A stretch of DNA of 64,000 nucleotides from a virus. This document shows, in pieces, positions 18,708 to 28,187 of this stretch. The stretch covers positions 126,392-190,391 of IMG/VR virus record IMGVR_UViG_3300036715_001865. One strand, given 5' to 3'. Numbering within the stretch: position 1 is the first letter of the stretch; each line of letters starts with the position of its first letter. The notes under the pieces are model-generated. The model saw only the letters and a program-made list of their open reading frames with translations. It was not told where the DNA came from and ran no database searches. The position numbers and the translations under genes were made by a program.

Positions 18708-19640
18708 TTATCTTGAAAGTTCTGAAATACTATCACCAGATGATAATCTTCTGATAGTTTCTGCTAACATCGGGGCAACAGAAATTTGTCTAATTTTTGG
18801 ACTGTGTTTAGTTAATGGAATGGTATCTGTAACAACAACTTCTGTCAACACTGAATTATTAATTCTATCATAAGCACTGCCAGACAAAATTGGATGGGTA
18901 CAATAAGCAACTACCTTTGCAGCACCATTATCCATTAATGCTTGTGCTGCATTACACAATGTTCCACCACTGTCGATCATATCATCTGTAATAATACAAA
19001 CCTTATCTTCAACATCACCAATGATATTCATCACTTCTGATACACCAGCTTTTGGTCTTCTTTTGTCAATAACAGCTAATTCAACACCTAAGTGTTTGGC
19101 TAATGCACGAGCTCTACCAACCCCACCAATATCTGGAGATACCACCATGGTATTATTTGGATAATTCCACCGTATATCACTGACAAATAGTTTTCCAGCT
19201 GATAAGTTATCAACAGGTATGTCAAAGAATCCTTGTATCTGAATGGCGTGTAAATCCACGGTTACGATATGATCAATATTGACTGATTGTAATAATCCAG
19301 CAACTACTTTAGCTGATATAGGAGTTCGTGAATTTTCGAGGCGGCGATCAGCTCTTGCATACCCATAATATGGGATGATTGCTGTAATTTTTTTGGTTGA
19401 AGATCTATACAATGCATCTGCCATCAATAACAATTCCATTAGGGTGTCATTGGTTGGAGCACAAGTTGGTTGAATAATAAACGCTTTATCTTTTCTGACA
19501 CTATCCTGAATTTCGATCTGAATTTCACCATCACTAAATTGACCTACTACAGTCTTACATAGGGTGGTATTCAACTCTTCTGCGATCAATTGTGCCAATG
19601 GTAAATTAGCTGTGCCAGATAACAATTTGATTCTTTGCAT
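18708..19640 (-). CDS. prs: Ribose-phosphate pyrophosphokinase
   Basis: FSDGEI, ELLLMADA, PYYGYARADR, VDLHA, VVSPDIGG, DDMIDSGGT; start reset to the ATG at 19640 (GGAG upstream). Confidence 0.93.
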   Translation of the reverse strand: MQRIKLLSGTANLPLAQLIAEELNTTLCKTVVGQFSDGEIQIEIQDSVRKDKAFIIQPTCAPTNDTLMELLLMADALYRSSTKKITAIIPYYGYARADRRLENSRTPISAKVVAGLLQSVNIDHIVTVDLHAIQIQGFFDIPVDNLSAGKLFVSDIRWNYPNNTMVVSPDIGGVGRARALAKHLGVELAVIDKRRPKAGVSEVMNIIGDVEDKVCIITDDMIDSGGTLCNAAQALMDNGAAKVVAYCTHPILSGSAYDRINNSVLTEVVVTDTIPLTKHSPKIRQISVAPMLAETIRRLSSGDSISELSR

Positions 19641-19740
19641 TAACAACTCCATTTCTTTAGTAAAATGAAGTTGTATTATATATAGATAAAAGTATAATGT
19701 CAACTAAATATAGGGACACAAGTTAAGTGGAGAGTTTCAA

Positions 19741-20295
19741 ATGAATGTACAAGAATTATTGACCCCTATTGTATTGTTTGAGGATGTGAGTTCTTCTAAT
19801 ATTAAGATGGAGTTACAAAAAGTCAAGAAAGATATGGAAAACCTGATGTTACGAGGTGGATCTTTAGGTCATGGTAGTGTATTACCTCAATACATGGATC
19901 AAATGAACCGTCTGAAGGCAAGACAGAAATCATTAAGAGACCAATTAACACTATCAAAAACTCACTCATCTGTTCAACAAGAGTTAGGAAGCGATTGGCA
20001 AAAAAGTCAAGCTGAACGTATGGCAAATCCAATGGACAGAGCCAACAGAAACAGTGAAGCAATTAGTACTGGACTACAACAAGGTCACCAATTAAGAAAA
20101 GAGTTGGGTGGATATGATGGAATTGCGCAAGATATCCTTAAAAATATAAGAGCTTTAACAGAAAATGGAACAAAACCATTAGAATTTGAAGTGTTATCAA
20201 ATAAGTATGGAGTTAATATTAGAACTCTACACAAATGGTTTGAACGTCCAGAATTTATGAAACTTCGTAGATTTATGCCACACATGTACCGTTAA
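19741..20295 (+). CDS. Hypothetical protein (MNVQELL N-terminus, possible C-terminal HTH)
   Basis: 184-aa ORF. Confidence 0.65.
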   Translation: MNVQELLTPIVLFEDVSSSNIKMELQKVKKDMENLMLRGGSLGHGSVLPQYMDQMNRLKARQKSLRDQLTLSKTHSSVQQELGSDWQKSQAERMANPMDRANRNSEAISTGLQQGHQLRKELGGYDGIAQDILKNIRALTENGTKPLEFEVLSNKYGVNIRTLHKWFERPEFMKLRRFMPHMYR

Positions 20296-20361
20296 TAATA
20301 TTGACTTAAATATTGATTTAGTATATCATCATATTTTATCATATTTTAAGGAGATTAACAC

Positions 20362-20652
20362 ATGTCTGCAACATACAAATCAGTTATCATTATTGGATTA
20401 CGATTAAGCGAATTGTCACTTATTAATGTGGATGATCCAGATTGTGAATTACACGAATATCAATTGGGGGAACTCGAATCGTGTAAATTGGGACGTCCAG
20501 ATAATATTATAGGGTTTGAGTACACCTCAACTGAAGGATTTGATGGATGTGCAATTCAATTAAATGATTCAGTTGTTAATCAACTCAAAGATCGGTTTGT
20601 TAACATAACAGACAAAGTTGCTAAAGTATATCTAGCAACAGTTGGATATTAA
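20362..20652 (+). CDS. Hypothetical protein
   Basis: SD GGAG and upstream TTGACT promoter. Confidence 0.7.
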   Translation: MSATYKSVIIIGLRLSELSLINVDDPDCELHEYQLGELESCKLGRPDNIIGFEYTSTEGFDGCAIQLNDSVVNQLKDRFVNITDKVAKVYLATVGY

Positions 20653-21244
20653 CCAACTGTTGACTTAATATAGGTATACCAGTATAATAACTTACAAATA
20701 TATAAGGGTGTACCTATGGAAACATATACCGAAGTAATTAATGGACAGTTAGTTACCATAAAAAGATTGTCCATTCATACAAGATCAAACAACACTAGAA
20801 CTAAGTCTCTTAAGGAACTTTTTCCTAAGCCAAAAAGATTAACAAAAAGACAACGTTTGTTTCAATAACCAGCGTTGACTTTTTTGTCTATATAAAGTAC
20901 AATTGGATTTATGTTGTTACATTGGATGTAACAAATTATTACCCCTTTTACCACACTTTTAAATAAGTTACTTTAGGGGTAATGAATCAATTATAAGAAT
21001 GATTGTGATGACTCAATCGGCAACCAATGATACCCTTCTCTTGGCCAAGTGGGAACAAAGCACAGGGATGTGCTTCCAAGCCCGTAAGATAATACTTACA
21101 TAAGTCTGTCAACTTGGGAGTTAAGTCTCCTATACTTGTGATAAACATGTGATATCCATGTCGCCAGGTACTTCCAATCAACTGCGTTAATGTGGGGGCA
21201 GGGATATTGATTGTATTCATTAAGTATAGCTAATTCGATAAAAT

Positions 21245-21391
21245 AGAGATATGAGATAAGACATGAACGCAGTGAATGTTTATCTCATATCTCTCCTGAA
21301 AGGTAATTGAATAAGATTGTTTGAATCAATTATCCCTATGGGATGAATATTAGTGGTGATTCCACTTCGTGTTCATCACCACTAATATTCA
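21245..21391. repeat. Pair of long inverted repeats with GNA-triloop mini-hairpins in their loops
   Basis: 15-bp perfect arms 21245-59/21280-94; 17-bp perfect arms 21344-60/21375-91. Confidence 0.85.
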
Positions 21392-21611
21392 ATTTTACTT
21401 AGGTGTTGTATGTGTGATTATCCATTAATAGATATGACTCGATTATCTCAACTTTATGATATAAATTATATTGCTCCTATGGATAAACCAATACAATTGG
21501 AATTAATAAGGAAATATGTGTGTAAATCAAAACCTCCTATTGAAGATGATAATTCCCCTATTGATTTAAATAATTAATTGTATATAATATAGTTTTAAAA
21601 GGAGAAAAATA

Positions 21612-21809
21612 ATGATTGTGGATATTAATGAAGTAAGACAGCTACATAAACGAATACAAGAAATCAACAGTGTACCATTATCCGAAATACAATGGGTAGA
21701 TGATGGAAACATTATTCCTGTATCAGATAAAGCTGTTGCTGATTGGAAATCTGTTGGTCTAAGTAATACCTATTTTGTTTTATTTGATAAGGTTGTACCA
21801 AATGAGTAA
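21612..21809 (+). CDS. Hypothetical protein
   Basis: SD AGGAG. Confidence 0.65.
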   Translation: MIVDINEVRQLHKRIQEINSVPLSEIQWVDDGNIIPVSDKAVADWKSVGLSNTYFVLFDKVVPNE

Positions 21810-22293
21810 AAAACAGTTAAGAGTAATGCCACCAGATGTAAAATCACAACTACCCATTTATATCAACCAAGTAGAAGAAAGATACAATGCTAAATATGTA
21901 GGTGATTTTTGTATTAAAACAACATCTGGGTGGACTGATGCACCAGCTGCAATTTTTTACACAGAACACCCAGATGAAGCAAAAGGACACACACATTATT
22001 TTGCTATTTACTTAAATCCATCAAATCCCCTAAGTGATTTTATAATTACCAAAGGAGATTCAGCTTTTTCACAACCAATTATTGGGTTAGTGACAGAAGA
22101 TGGTACCGTGATTTTTAGTAGATATGGGCATGATTTTCGTTCTACACCTGATGGTAGTTTTATTGATGGTGGAAGAGATTATTGTCGCACAGGTGGAGAT
22201 ATTAATAACCATGTACTTGTCAGATTGATAATTGACAAAGATAAATTGGTAATTGATGAAAAATCTATTGATACGGATTTGTATTCAATATAA
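21802..22293 (+). CDS. Hypothetical phage protein
   Basis: Start reset to the ATG at 21802; SRYGHDF...IDGGRDY motif. Confidence 0.7.
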   Translation: MSKKQLRVMPPDVKSQLPIYINQVEERYNAKYVGDFCIKTTSGWTDAPAAIFYTEHPDEAKGHTHYFAIYLNPSNPLSDFIITKGDSAFSQPIIGLVTEDGTVIFSRYGHDFRSTPDGSFIDGGRDYCRTGGDINNHVLVRLIIDKDKLVIDEKSIDTDLYSI

Positions 22294-22343
22294 TAATATA
22301 CACAAAAAGATTGTGTATTAATTTTAATTAGAGGAGTTCTAAT

Positions 22344-23396
22344 ATGTCAACAAATAAAGAATTTGATTATTTAATTTTCATTGGTAGATTTCAACCAATG
22401 CACATTGGTCACTTACAAGTAATAAACAAAGCACTGGAGTTATCTGATAACTTGATTGTATTAGTTGGTAGTTCGTATATACCAAGTACGATTAAAAACC
22501 CATGGTGTTTTGGTGAACGTGTAGCTATGATTGCAAGCACTTTATCCAGTGATTTACTTCCACGAGTTTCTATTGAAGCATTGGAAGACATTATGTACAG
22601 TGATGATGCTTGGATTCGACAAGTTCAAGAAAAGGTTGCAAGTACTATTTTTAGCCAAGAAGGGAAAAGTGGTAAATTTAGATTTTCCCACGACTTGAAA
22701 ATAGGTATTATCGGTCACAGCAAAGATGAATCATCTTTCTATCTTCGATTATTCCCACAGTGGACCCAAGTAAGTCATGAAATGGATGAAGTTGTTCATG
22801 CAACTGACATCCGAGCCATTTTGTTTGAAAACAAAAACATTCTGTATCTTCGTGGGTTGTTGCCAAGCTCGGTGTTTGATCAGATGAAAAATTATATCTT
22901 AACCACACGGTTTGCAACTTTACAAAAAGAGTATGAGTTTATTAAACGATATAAACAATCCTGGGCCGCTGCTCCATATGAACCAACATTCATGACAGCA
23001 GATGCAGTTGTAGTTCAATCTGGGCATATTTTAATGGTTGTCCGTGATGCTTCTCCAGGTGAAGGGCTTTTTGCTCTACCAGGTGGCTTTGTGAATACCA
23101 ATGAATATATTGAGTGTGCTGCTCTTCGTGAGCTAAAAGAAGAAACCAAAATCGATGTACCAGCTAAGGTACTTCGTGGTAATATTAAGCAGTCTCATGT
23201 ATTTGATCACCCACAAAGAAGTTTAAGAGGAAGAACAATTACACAAGCGTTCTTTATTGAATTGCCACCAGGTCCATTACCTAAGGTAAAAGGAAGTGAT
23301 GATGCAAGAGCTGCTATGTGGATTCCATTTAACGAATTGAACCCTCAAAATATTTTTGAGGATCATTTCAGTATCATCCGATATTTTATAGGATAA
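22344..23396 (+). CDS. nadM: Bifunctional NMN adenylyltransferase / ADP-ribose pyrophosphatase (NadM-Nudix, NatV-like)
   Basis: IGRFQPMHIGH (HxGH), KNPW, IIGHSKDESSFYL, HATDIR; Nudix box GGFVNTNEYIECAALRELKEET. Confidence 0.93.
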   Translation: MSTNKEFDYLIFIGRFQPMHIGHLQVINKALELSDNLIVLVGSSYIPSTIKNPWCFGERVAMIASTLSSDLLPRVSIEALEDIMYSDDAWIRQVQEKVASTIFSQEGKSGKFRFSHDLKIGIIGHSKDESSFYLRLFPQWTQVSHEMDEVVHATDIRAILFENKNILYLRGLLPSSVFDQMKNYILTTRFATLQKEYEFIKRYKQSWAAAPYEPTFMTADAVVVQSGHILMVVRDASPGEGLFALPGGFVNTNEYIECAALRELKEETKIDVPAKVLRGNIKQSHVFDHPQRSLRGRTITQAFFIELPPGPLPKVKGSDDARAAMWIPFNELNPQNIFEDHFSIIRYFIG

Positions 23397-23400
23397 CCAA

Positions 23401-23658
23401 ATGAAAACAGTTCAACACACGTTTGGTGATGGTAAATATACTGCAATTTTTCATGAGAGTGGTAAATTGGATGTATTAAGGTATGGTGAGCCATGGTCTG
23501 ATGAAACTGGTAATGGTCTTCTGTTGGCTATGTTGATGGATTATGATTTCCTTAAAGAACAATCTCAATTTGCAGATATGCAAATTGATAGTTTATTGAA
23601 TGAAGTGCAATATTTAAGAGATAAGTTACCACCTGAAGATAAAACGTTGACTTTTTAG
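23401..23658 (+). CDS. Hypothetical protein
   Basis: 85-aa ORF. Confidence 0.65.
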   Translation: MKTVQHTFGDGKYTAIFHESGKLDVLRYGEPWSDETGNGLLLAMLMDYDFLKEQSQFADMQIDSLLNEVQYLRDKLPPEDKTLTF

Positions 23659-23721
23659 CAAAAGTCATATATATAATATGTTCTTTCTTGAATAGTTATT
23701 ATTTGAGGAAGAACATTTGAT

Positions 23722-23796
23722 TGCGGATTACAGTTCTGGCTGAACTGACGAGTCTCATAAGCTCGACAAAGAGTGGTTCGATCCCACTATCCGCTA
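23722..23796 (+). tRNA. tRNA-Met(CAT), 1:72 mismatch (initiator-like) but no GGG/CCC run in the anticodon stem
   Basis: Cloverleaf; anticodon arm CGAGT-CTCATAA-GCTCG; no encoded CCA. Confidence 0.85.
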
Positions 23797-23863
23797 CGGA
23801 AATTCCACTAAAACCAATGGTTTACAAAAACTCAAAGGTTGGGATTTTTATTTAATATATTAT

Positions 23864-24177
23864 GTTGTTGCATATACGAAGAATTTCTTCTATTATGATA
23901 TTTCAATGTCGTAGGGGTCTAACATTTCGTCAGATTTGAGTAGGCACAGAGATTGGAACCATGCTGTGTACGGAACCACAGATGTTGTCATTAACAGTAA
24001 AATGATCTCTAACTTGTCAGAGAAAAACATACGATCATTGTGTTGTATGTATAAAACAAGTTGCCTGATATGGAGTTTAATATATCACCAAGCCCATGGT
24101 TTACAGAAGCGGCCTTATTGGAATTAAAACTCCCAATTTGTTTAATGCGTCAAAGTCTTTGTAGATTTTATCTCAAC
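23864..24177 (+). ncRNA. Candidate Y-RNA-like ncRNA, long form
   Basis: Terminal module shared with 51017/51557/51709; TACGAAGA pairs with TCTTTGTA; several internal hairpins. Confidence 0.55.
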
Positions 24178-24255
24178 TAATATATTTTTACTTTTCACAA
24201 AAAACCAACAGAACTAAACAACGCTCTTGTTCTGTGAGCGATATAAGGAATACAA

Positions 24256-25062
24256 ATGATGCACAAATCAAATATGGTCGGCTGCCTTAAAGCCAATTCA
24301 AAAATACTTCGTGAATTTGGTGATACAGTTTACTTACCATTTGGAGTTGAATACTCAATCCTGTTAAAAAACCTAAATTCTGTTAGAGCAGCTGTTAATA
24401 TTTTTATTGACGGAAAAAATGTCACAGAAGGGGTATCATTAATCATCGATCCAAATTCTGAATTTGAACTGTCAAGATCGATTGTTGCTGGTAATTTAAC
24501 ATCAGGGAATGCTTTTAAGTTTATTGAAAGAACGTCCGCAATTGAAGAATTTAAAGGACTTGGAATTGAAGATGGTTTAATTCGAATTGAATTTCAATAC
24601 GAGAAAAAAGTAGCTCCAATTGATTGGAACTCCAGAATCAGACAAACTCAACGTCATGATGATTGGGGAAGTGACATATCACTATACGGAATGGAGCGAA
24701 GTGCACTGCATACAAAAGGTATGTCGGGACAAGCTTCGTCTTATGGTGGAGAACAATCTCCCCAAATAATGTCCCTAGTTGCTGATACTATGAGATCGAT
24801 GAAGTCTTCACCTGCTAACGAAGCTGGTATTACTGTACCAGGATCTATTTCTACTCAACAATTTTCAACAACACAAGGTTTTACTAAAGAACCTGAAAAG
24901 CATGTGATGGTGTTAAAGCTGTTAGGTGAAACAGCCACAGGAACGGTAGTATCTCAGCCTGTTACTGTAGATGTTGTTCCTGTTTGTACCACTTGTGGAC
25001 GTCGAAATAAAGCAACCTCTAAATTTTGTACCGATTGTGGTACATCTCTTCAAATCGTATAA
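24256..25062 (+). CDS. Hypothetical protein with C-terminal Zn ribbon
   Basis: VYLPFGVEYSILLKN...IDG; CTTCG...FCTDCG. Confidence 0.75.
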   Translation: MMHKSNMVGCLKANSKILREFGDTVYLPFGVEYSILLKNLNSVRAAVNIFIDGKNVTEGVSLIIDPNSEFELSRSIVAGNLTSGNAFKFIERTSAIEEFKGLGIEDGLIRIEFQYEKKVAPIDWNSRIRQTQRHDDWGSDISLYGMERSALHTKGMSGQASSYGGEQSPQIMSLVADTMRSMKSSPANEAGITVPGSISTQQFSTTQGFTKEPEKHVMVLKLLGETATGTVVSQPVTVDVVPVCTTCGRRNKATSKFCTDCGTSLQIV

Positions 25063-25103
25063 TATGTTAATTTTAATGGGGAGACAAAACTCCCCATTAA
25101 TAG

Positions 25104-25131
25104 TTGATAAAAAATATACTTTGTGTATAAT
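25104..25131 (+). promoter_or_regulatory. Sigma70-type promoter for the kinase/vWA genes
   Basis: TTGATA-N16-TATAAT (TGTATAAT), just after an inverted-repeat terminator. Confidence 0.65.
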
Positions 25132-25165
25132 AGCTATCACACTTTAATCAACTTATAACTATATT

Positions 25166-26200
25166 ATGCCTACAAAAATTCAAACATTGTCAGCATCTGA
25201 ATTATTACTCATTACACAACCTGAGAAGTTATATTCACTTGCCAATTGCAAAACAGAATATAGATCTTTGTGCTCGATATGGCATCCTGATCGTAACAAA
25301 AACATTAAAGCTACAGAAGTTTTCCAACATATCAAAATGTTGTTTGAGCAAACAGAAGTGAAGATCAAAAGTGGAACATGGAATGGTCCATCAGACTTAA
25401 CATTTACCACACACAAAGGAAAAACATATAAGTTCCATTACAAATGTTACCAAGAATTTGATTTGGGAAAAATGTACATTGGTGCAACTAAATTGATGTA
25501 TGTGGTCGACGCTGAATTTAAAGATCTGTTTGATAATGGGGTGAATATGATTAACTCGATTGTCTATCCAAATTCAGCCTACGAAGATCAATTTAAACGA
25601 CATTTTCCTGTTGTGTTATTTAACGGCGAAACGGATATTGGATTAGTTCTAGTGGTTGAAAAAACACTAGATTTGATTTTATTGAAAGACTTGTTGGATG
25701 TTATGGGTGGTAAATTACCAATGGTGCACACTGCTTGGGTACTTAGCACATTGAGCAACATTGCTTGTTTTCTTGAAATGAATAAAATTGCTCATGGTGC
25801 ACTATCTATTGATACATTGTGGATATCGCCTATGTACCATTCTGCTGTTGTATTAGGTGGTTGGTGGTATGCCCGCAAAGATGGTGATAAATTATTAGCA
25901 TTGCCTTCATCAACTTTATCTATTCTACCATCAAGTGTTTTAGTTGATAAAAAAGCTAAATCATCGTATGATAGACAACTTATCAAATCGATTGCGTTAG
26001 AGAGTTTAGGAGATAAAACCAGAATTGGATCTATGTTACTGACCGATAAATCAGTACCAAATAATATCCTAATGTGGTTAAGAGGGTCAGGTGAAAAATC
26101 TGCAGTTGAAGATTATAAAGCTTGGTCAAAAGTACGGGATGCAGGGTTAGGGCCAAGAAAGTTTGTTGCCCTTGACATCGACATTCATAAAATTTATTAA
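25166..26200 (+). CDS. J-domain plus kinase-like fold protein
   Basis: YRSLCSIWHPDRN (HPD); IAHGAL, VVLGGWWYA. Confidence 0.75.
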   Translation: MPTKIQTLSASELLLITQPEKLYSLANCKTEYRSLCSIWHPDRNKNIKATEVFQHIKMLFEQTEVKIKSGTWNGPSDLTFTTHKGKTYKFHYKCYQEFDLGKMYIGATKLMYVVDAEFKDLFDNGVNMINSIVYPNSAYEDQFKRHFPVVLFNGETDIGLVLVVEKTLDLILLKDLLDVMGGKLPMVHTAWVLSTLSNIACFLEMNKIAHGALSIDTLWISPMYHSAVVLGGWWYARKDGDKLLALPSSTLSILPSSVLVDKKAKSSYDRQLIKSIALESLGDKTRIGSMLLTDKSVPNNILMWLRGSGEKSAVEDYKAWSKVRDAGLGPRKFVALDIDIHKIY

Positions 26201-26218
26201 TGAGATAGGAGAAATATT

Positions 26219-27145
26219 ATGGGATATACCCGCTGGAGCGATGATGATTGGACAGATTATTCATCTACAACAAAAACTAAAACTGCCGACAAGATTTTTA
26301 CCTCTACAGCAACTGTAAATCAATTGGATCCGAAGGGTGTATTACTTCGAGAATCTCGGGACAGTGACCTCAACCCTGAATCAACAGCTATTATTATTGG
26401 TGTTGATGTTACTGGTTCAATGGGCATGATTGCGGATTATTTTGTTAAAGAAGGTCTGGGTGTATTATTTACACACATCTTAGATCGTAAACCAGTTACA
26501 GATCCACATTTGATGGTGATGGCTATTGGTGATGCGGCTGCAGGTGATAGAAGTCCACTTCAGGTAAGCCAATTCGAAGCAGATTTGAAAATTGCTGAAC
26601 AGTTGGAAAAAATCCATGTTGAACATGGTGGTGGTGGTAATTCATATGAATCGTATGAGTTGCCTTGGTTCTTCGCAGCAAACCACATTTCCATGGATTG
26701 TTTGGAAAAACGTGGTAAAAAAGGCTATTTGTTTACAATTGGTGATGAGCCTCCATCCAAAGGTGTAATTGCTTCTCAAGTTGCAAAGGTTATTGGTGAT
26801 GAATTACCTGGTAATATTTCATTAATTGATATGTACACCCAGGTGAGTAAATCATTTCACACCTTCCACATTATTGTGAAAGAAGGTAACCACTGTAGAT
26901 ATCATTTCGATGAAGTAAAAACACAGTGGGAAGAAATTATGGGTCAACACGCCATTGTATTAACAGATTACACCAAGTTGTCAGAAGTTATTGAGTCAAT
27001 CATTCAAGTTATTGAAGGTGACAATATTGCTGCAGTAACCACTAGTTGGTCTGGTGATACCTCATTGGTAGTAGCAAGTGCTATTGATGGATTGGGCAAA
27101 ACTGTAGCCACTACTACTTCAGCCAAAGGCGTTGTTAGATTCTAA
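26219..27145 (+). CDS. vWA (MIDAS) domain protein
   Basis: IIIGVDVTGSMG, AIGD, QVSQFE, GGGGNSYESY, FTIGDE. Confidence 0.8.
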   Translation: MGYTRWSDDDWTDYSSTTKTKTADKIFTSTATVNQLDPKGVLLRESRDSDLNPESTAIIIGVDVTGSMGMIADYFVKEGLGVLFTHILDRKPVTDPHLMVMAIGDAAAGDRSPLQVSQFEADLKIAEQLEKIHVEHGGGGNSYESYELPWFFAANHISMDCLEKRGKKGYLFTIGDEPPSKGVIASQVAKVIGDELPGNISLIDMYTQVSKSFHTFHIIVKEGNHCRYHFDEVKTQWEEIMGQHAIVLTDYTKLSEVIESIIQVIEGDNIAAVTTSWSGDTSLVVASAIDGLGKTVATTTSAKGVVRF

Positions 27146-27161
27146 CGATAGCTTTATACTG

Positions 27162-27191
27162 ATAGGTAGGCGATTAATCGCCTACCTATCT
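27162..27191 (+). terminator. Inverted repeat after the vWA gene
   Basis: GATAGGTAGGCGA-TTAA-TCGCCTACCTATC. Confidence 0.6.
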
Positions 27192-27216
27192 TAACGATTA
27201 AAAATAGGGATATTAT

Positions 27217-27504
27217 ATGAAAATTAGACCACTTGGAAATAGAATTGTAGTAAAACAAGATGCACCAAAAATGACATCAACGAATGGTATTATGTTGGTA
27301 TCATCTGCAATTGATGCAGCCAATATAGGCGTTGTAATTGCAGCTGGACCAGGAAGACATTTGGATAATGGTGAGTTTATCCCCAATAGTGTATCTGTTG
27401 GTGATAGAATTTTGTTTAATAAACAATCTGCAGAAGAAATTGAAGTTGACAAAGAAAAAGCTCTCATTATGACAGAAGATGCTATTATGGGAATCTTAAA
27501 TTAA
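27217..27504 (+). CDS. groES: Co-chaperonin GroES
   Basis: MKIRPLGNRIVV, GVVIAAGPG, VSVGDRILF. Confidence 0.92.
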   Translation: MKIRPLGNRIVVKQDAPKMTSTNGIMLVSSAIDAANIGVVIAAGPGRHLDNGEFIPNSVSVGDRILFNKQSAEEIEVDKEKALIMTEDAIMGILN

Positions 27505-27518
27505 CAAAAGAGGTTGGG

Positions 27519-28109
27519 ATGAAAATTATACTGTGTGATACTAAAAAGGATATGACAGTTGCTTGGCACAAGGTATTTGCTCGATTGATTGAGTTGGGGT
27601 ATGATGTTGAAATTGTGCAGGGTAGTATCGTACACCAACAAGTGGATGCTATAGTGGCACCTGGTAATAGTTTTGGTTTTATGAGTGATGGATTGGACAA
27701 GGTAATACTAAACTATCTTGGGGAGTCTATCCAAGATAGTGTTCAATTTACCATCAAACAATCCATATTAGGTGAATTAGTAGTTGGTGATGCAATTGTT
27801 GTACCAACACAATCACCCAGAATCCCACAGGTGATATATGCACCAACTATGAGAGTTCCAACTAGATTACCCAAGGATACCACTAATGTGTACTTGGCCA
27901 CTCTAGCTGGACTAGTAAGAGCAGTTGAATATAATTTTACATCTGTAGCTATTTCTGGTATGGGAACAGGGTATGGAAACGTTTCGGTGGAAGTGTGTGC
28001 CAATCAAATGTATTTTGCATATGCAAAGCACTTCATCGGATTACCATGCCCAACAAATATTAATGAAGCAAAAATTCGACATAGACATTTATTTATTCCT
28101 CCCTTATAA
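27519..28109 (+). CDS. Macrodomain (ADP-ribose processing) protein
   Basis: DAIVAPGNSFGFMSDGLD, YAPTMRVP, SGMGTGYG. Confidence 0.88.
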   Translation: MKIILCDTKKDMTVAWHKVFARLIELGYDVEIVQGSIVHQQVDAIVAPGNSFGFMSDGLDKVILNYLGESIQDSVQFTIKQSILGELVVGDAIVVPTQSPRIPQVIYAPTMRVPTRLPKDTTNVYLATLAGLVRAVEYNFTSVAISGMGTGYGNVSVEVCANQMYFAYAKHFIGLPCPTNINEAKIRHRHLFIPPL

Positions 28110-28187
28110 CTTTTCCCCATATATTGATTTTTCTATAGAAGTAAGATATAATATGTTTTTATTATTACTTCTTCAAGGAATAAATTC

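Noticed and set aside
20987-21220. 77-aa minus-strand ORF or an ncRNA near the palindromes
   Set aside because: No recognisable motif, weak RBS and no convincing nested helices; left uncalled.
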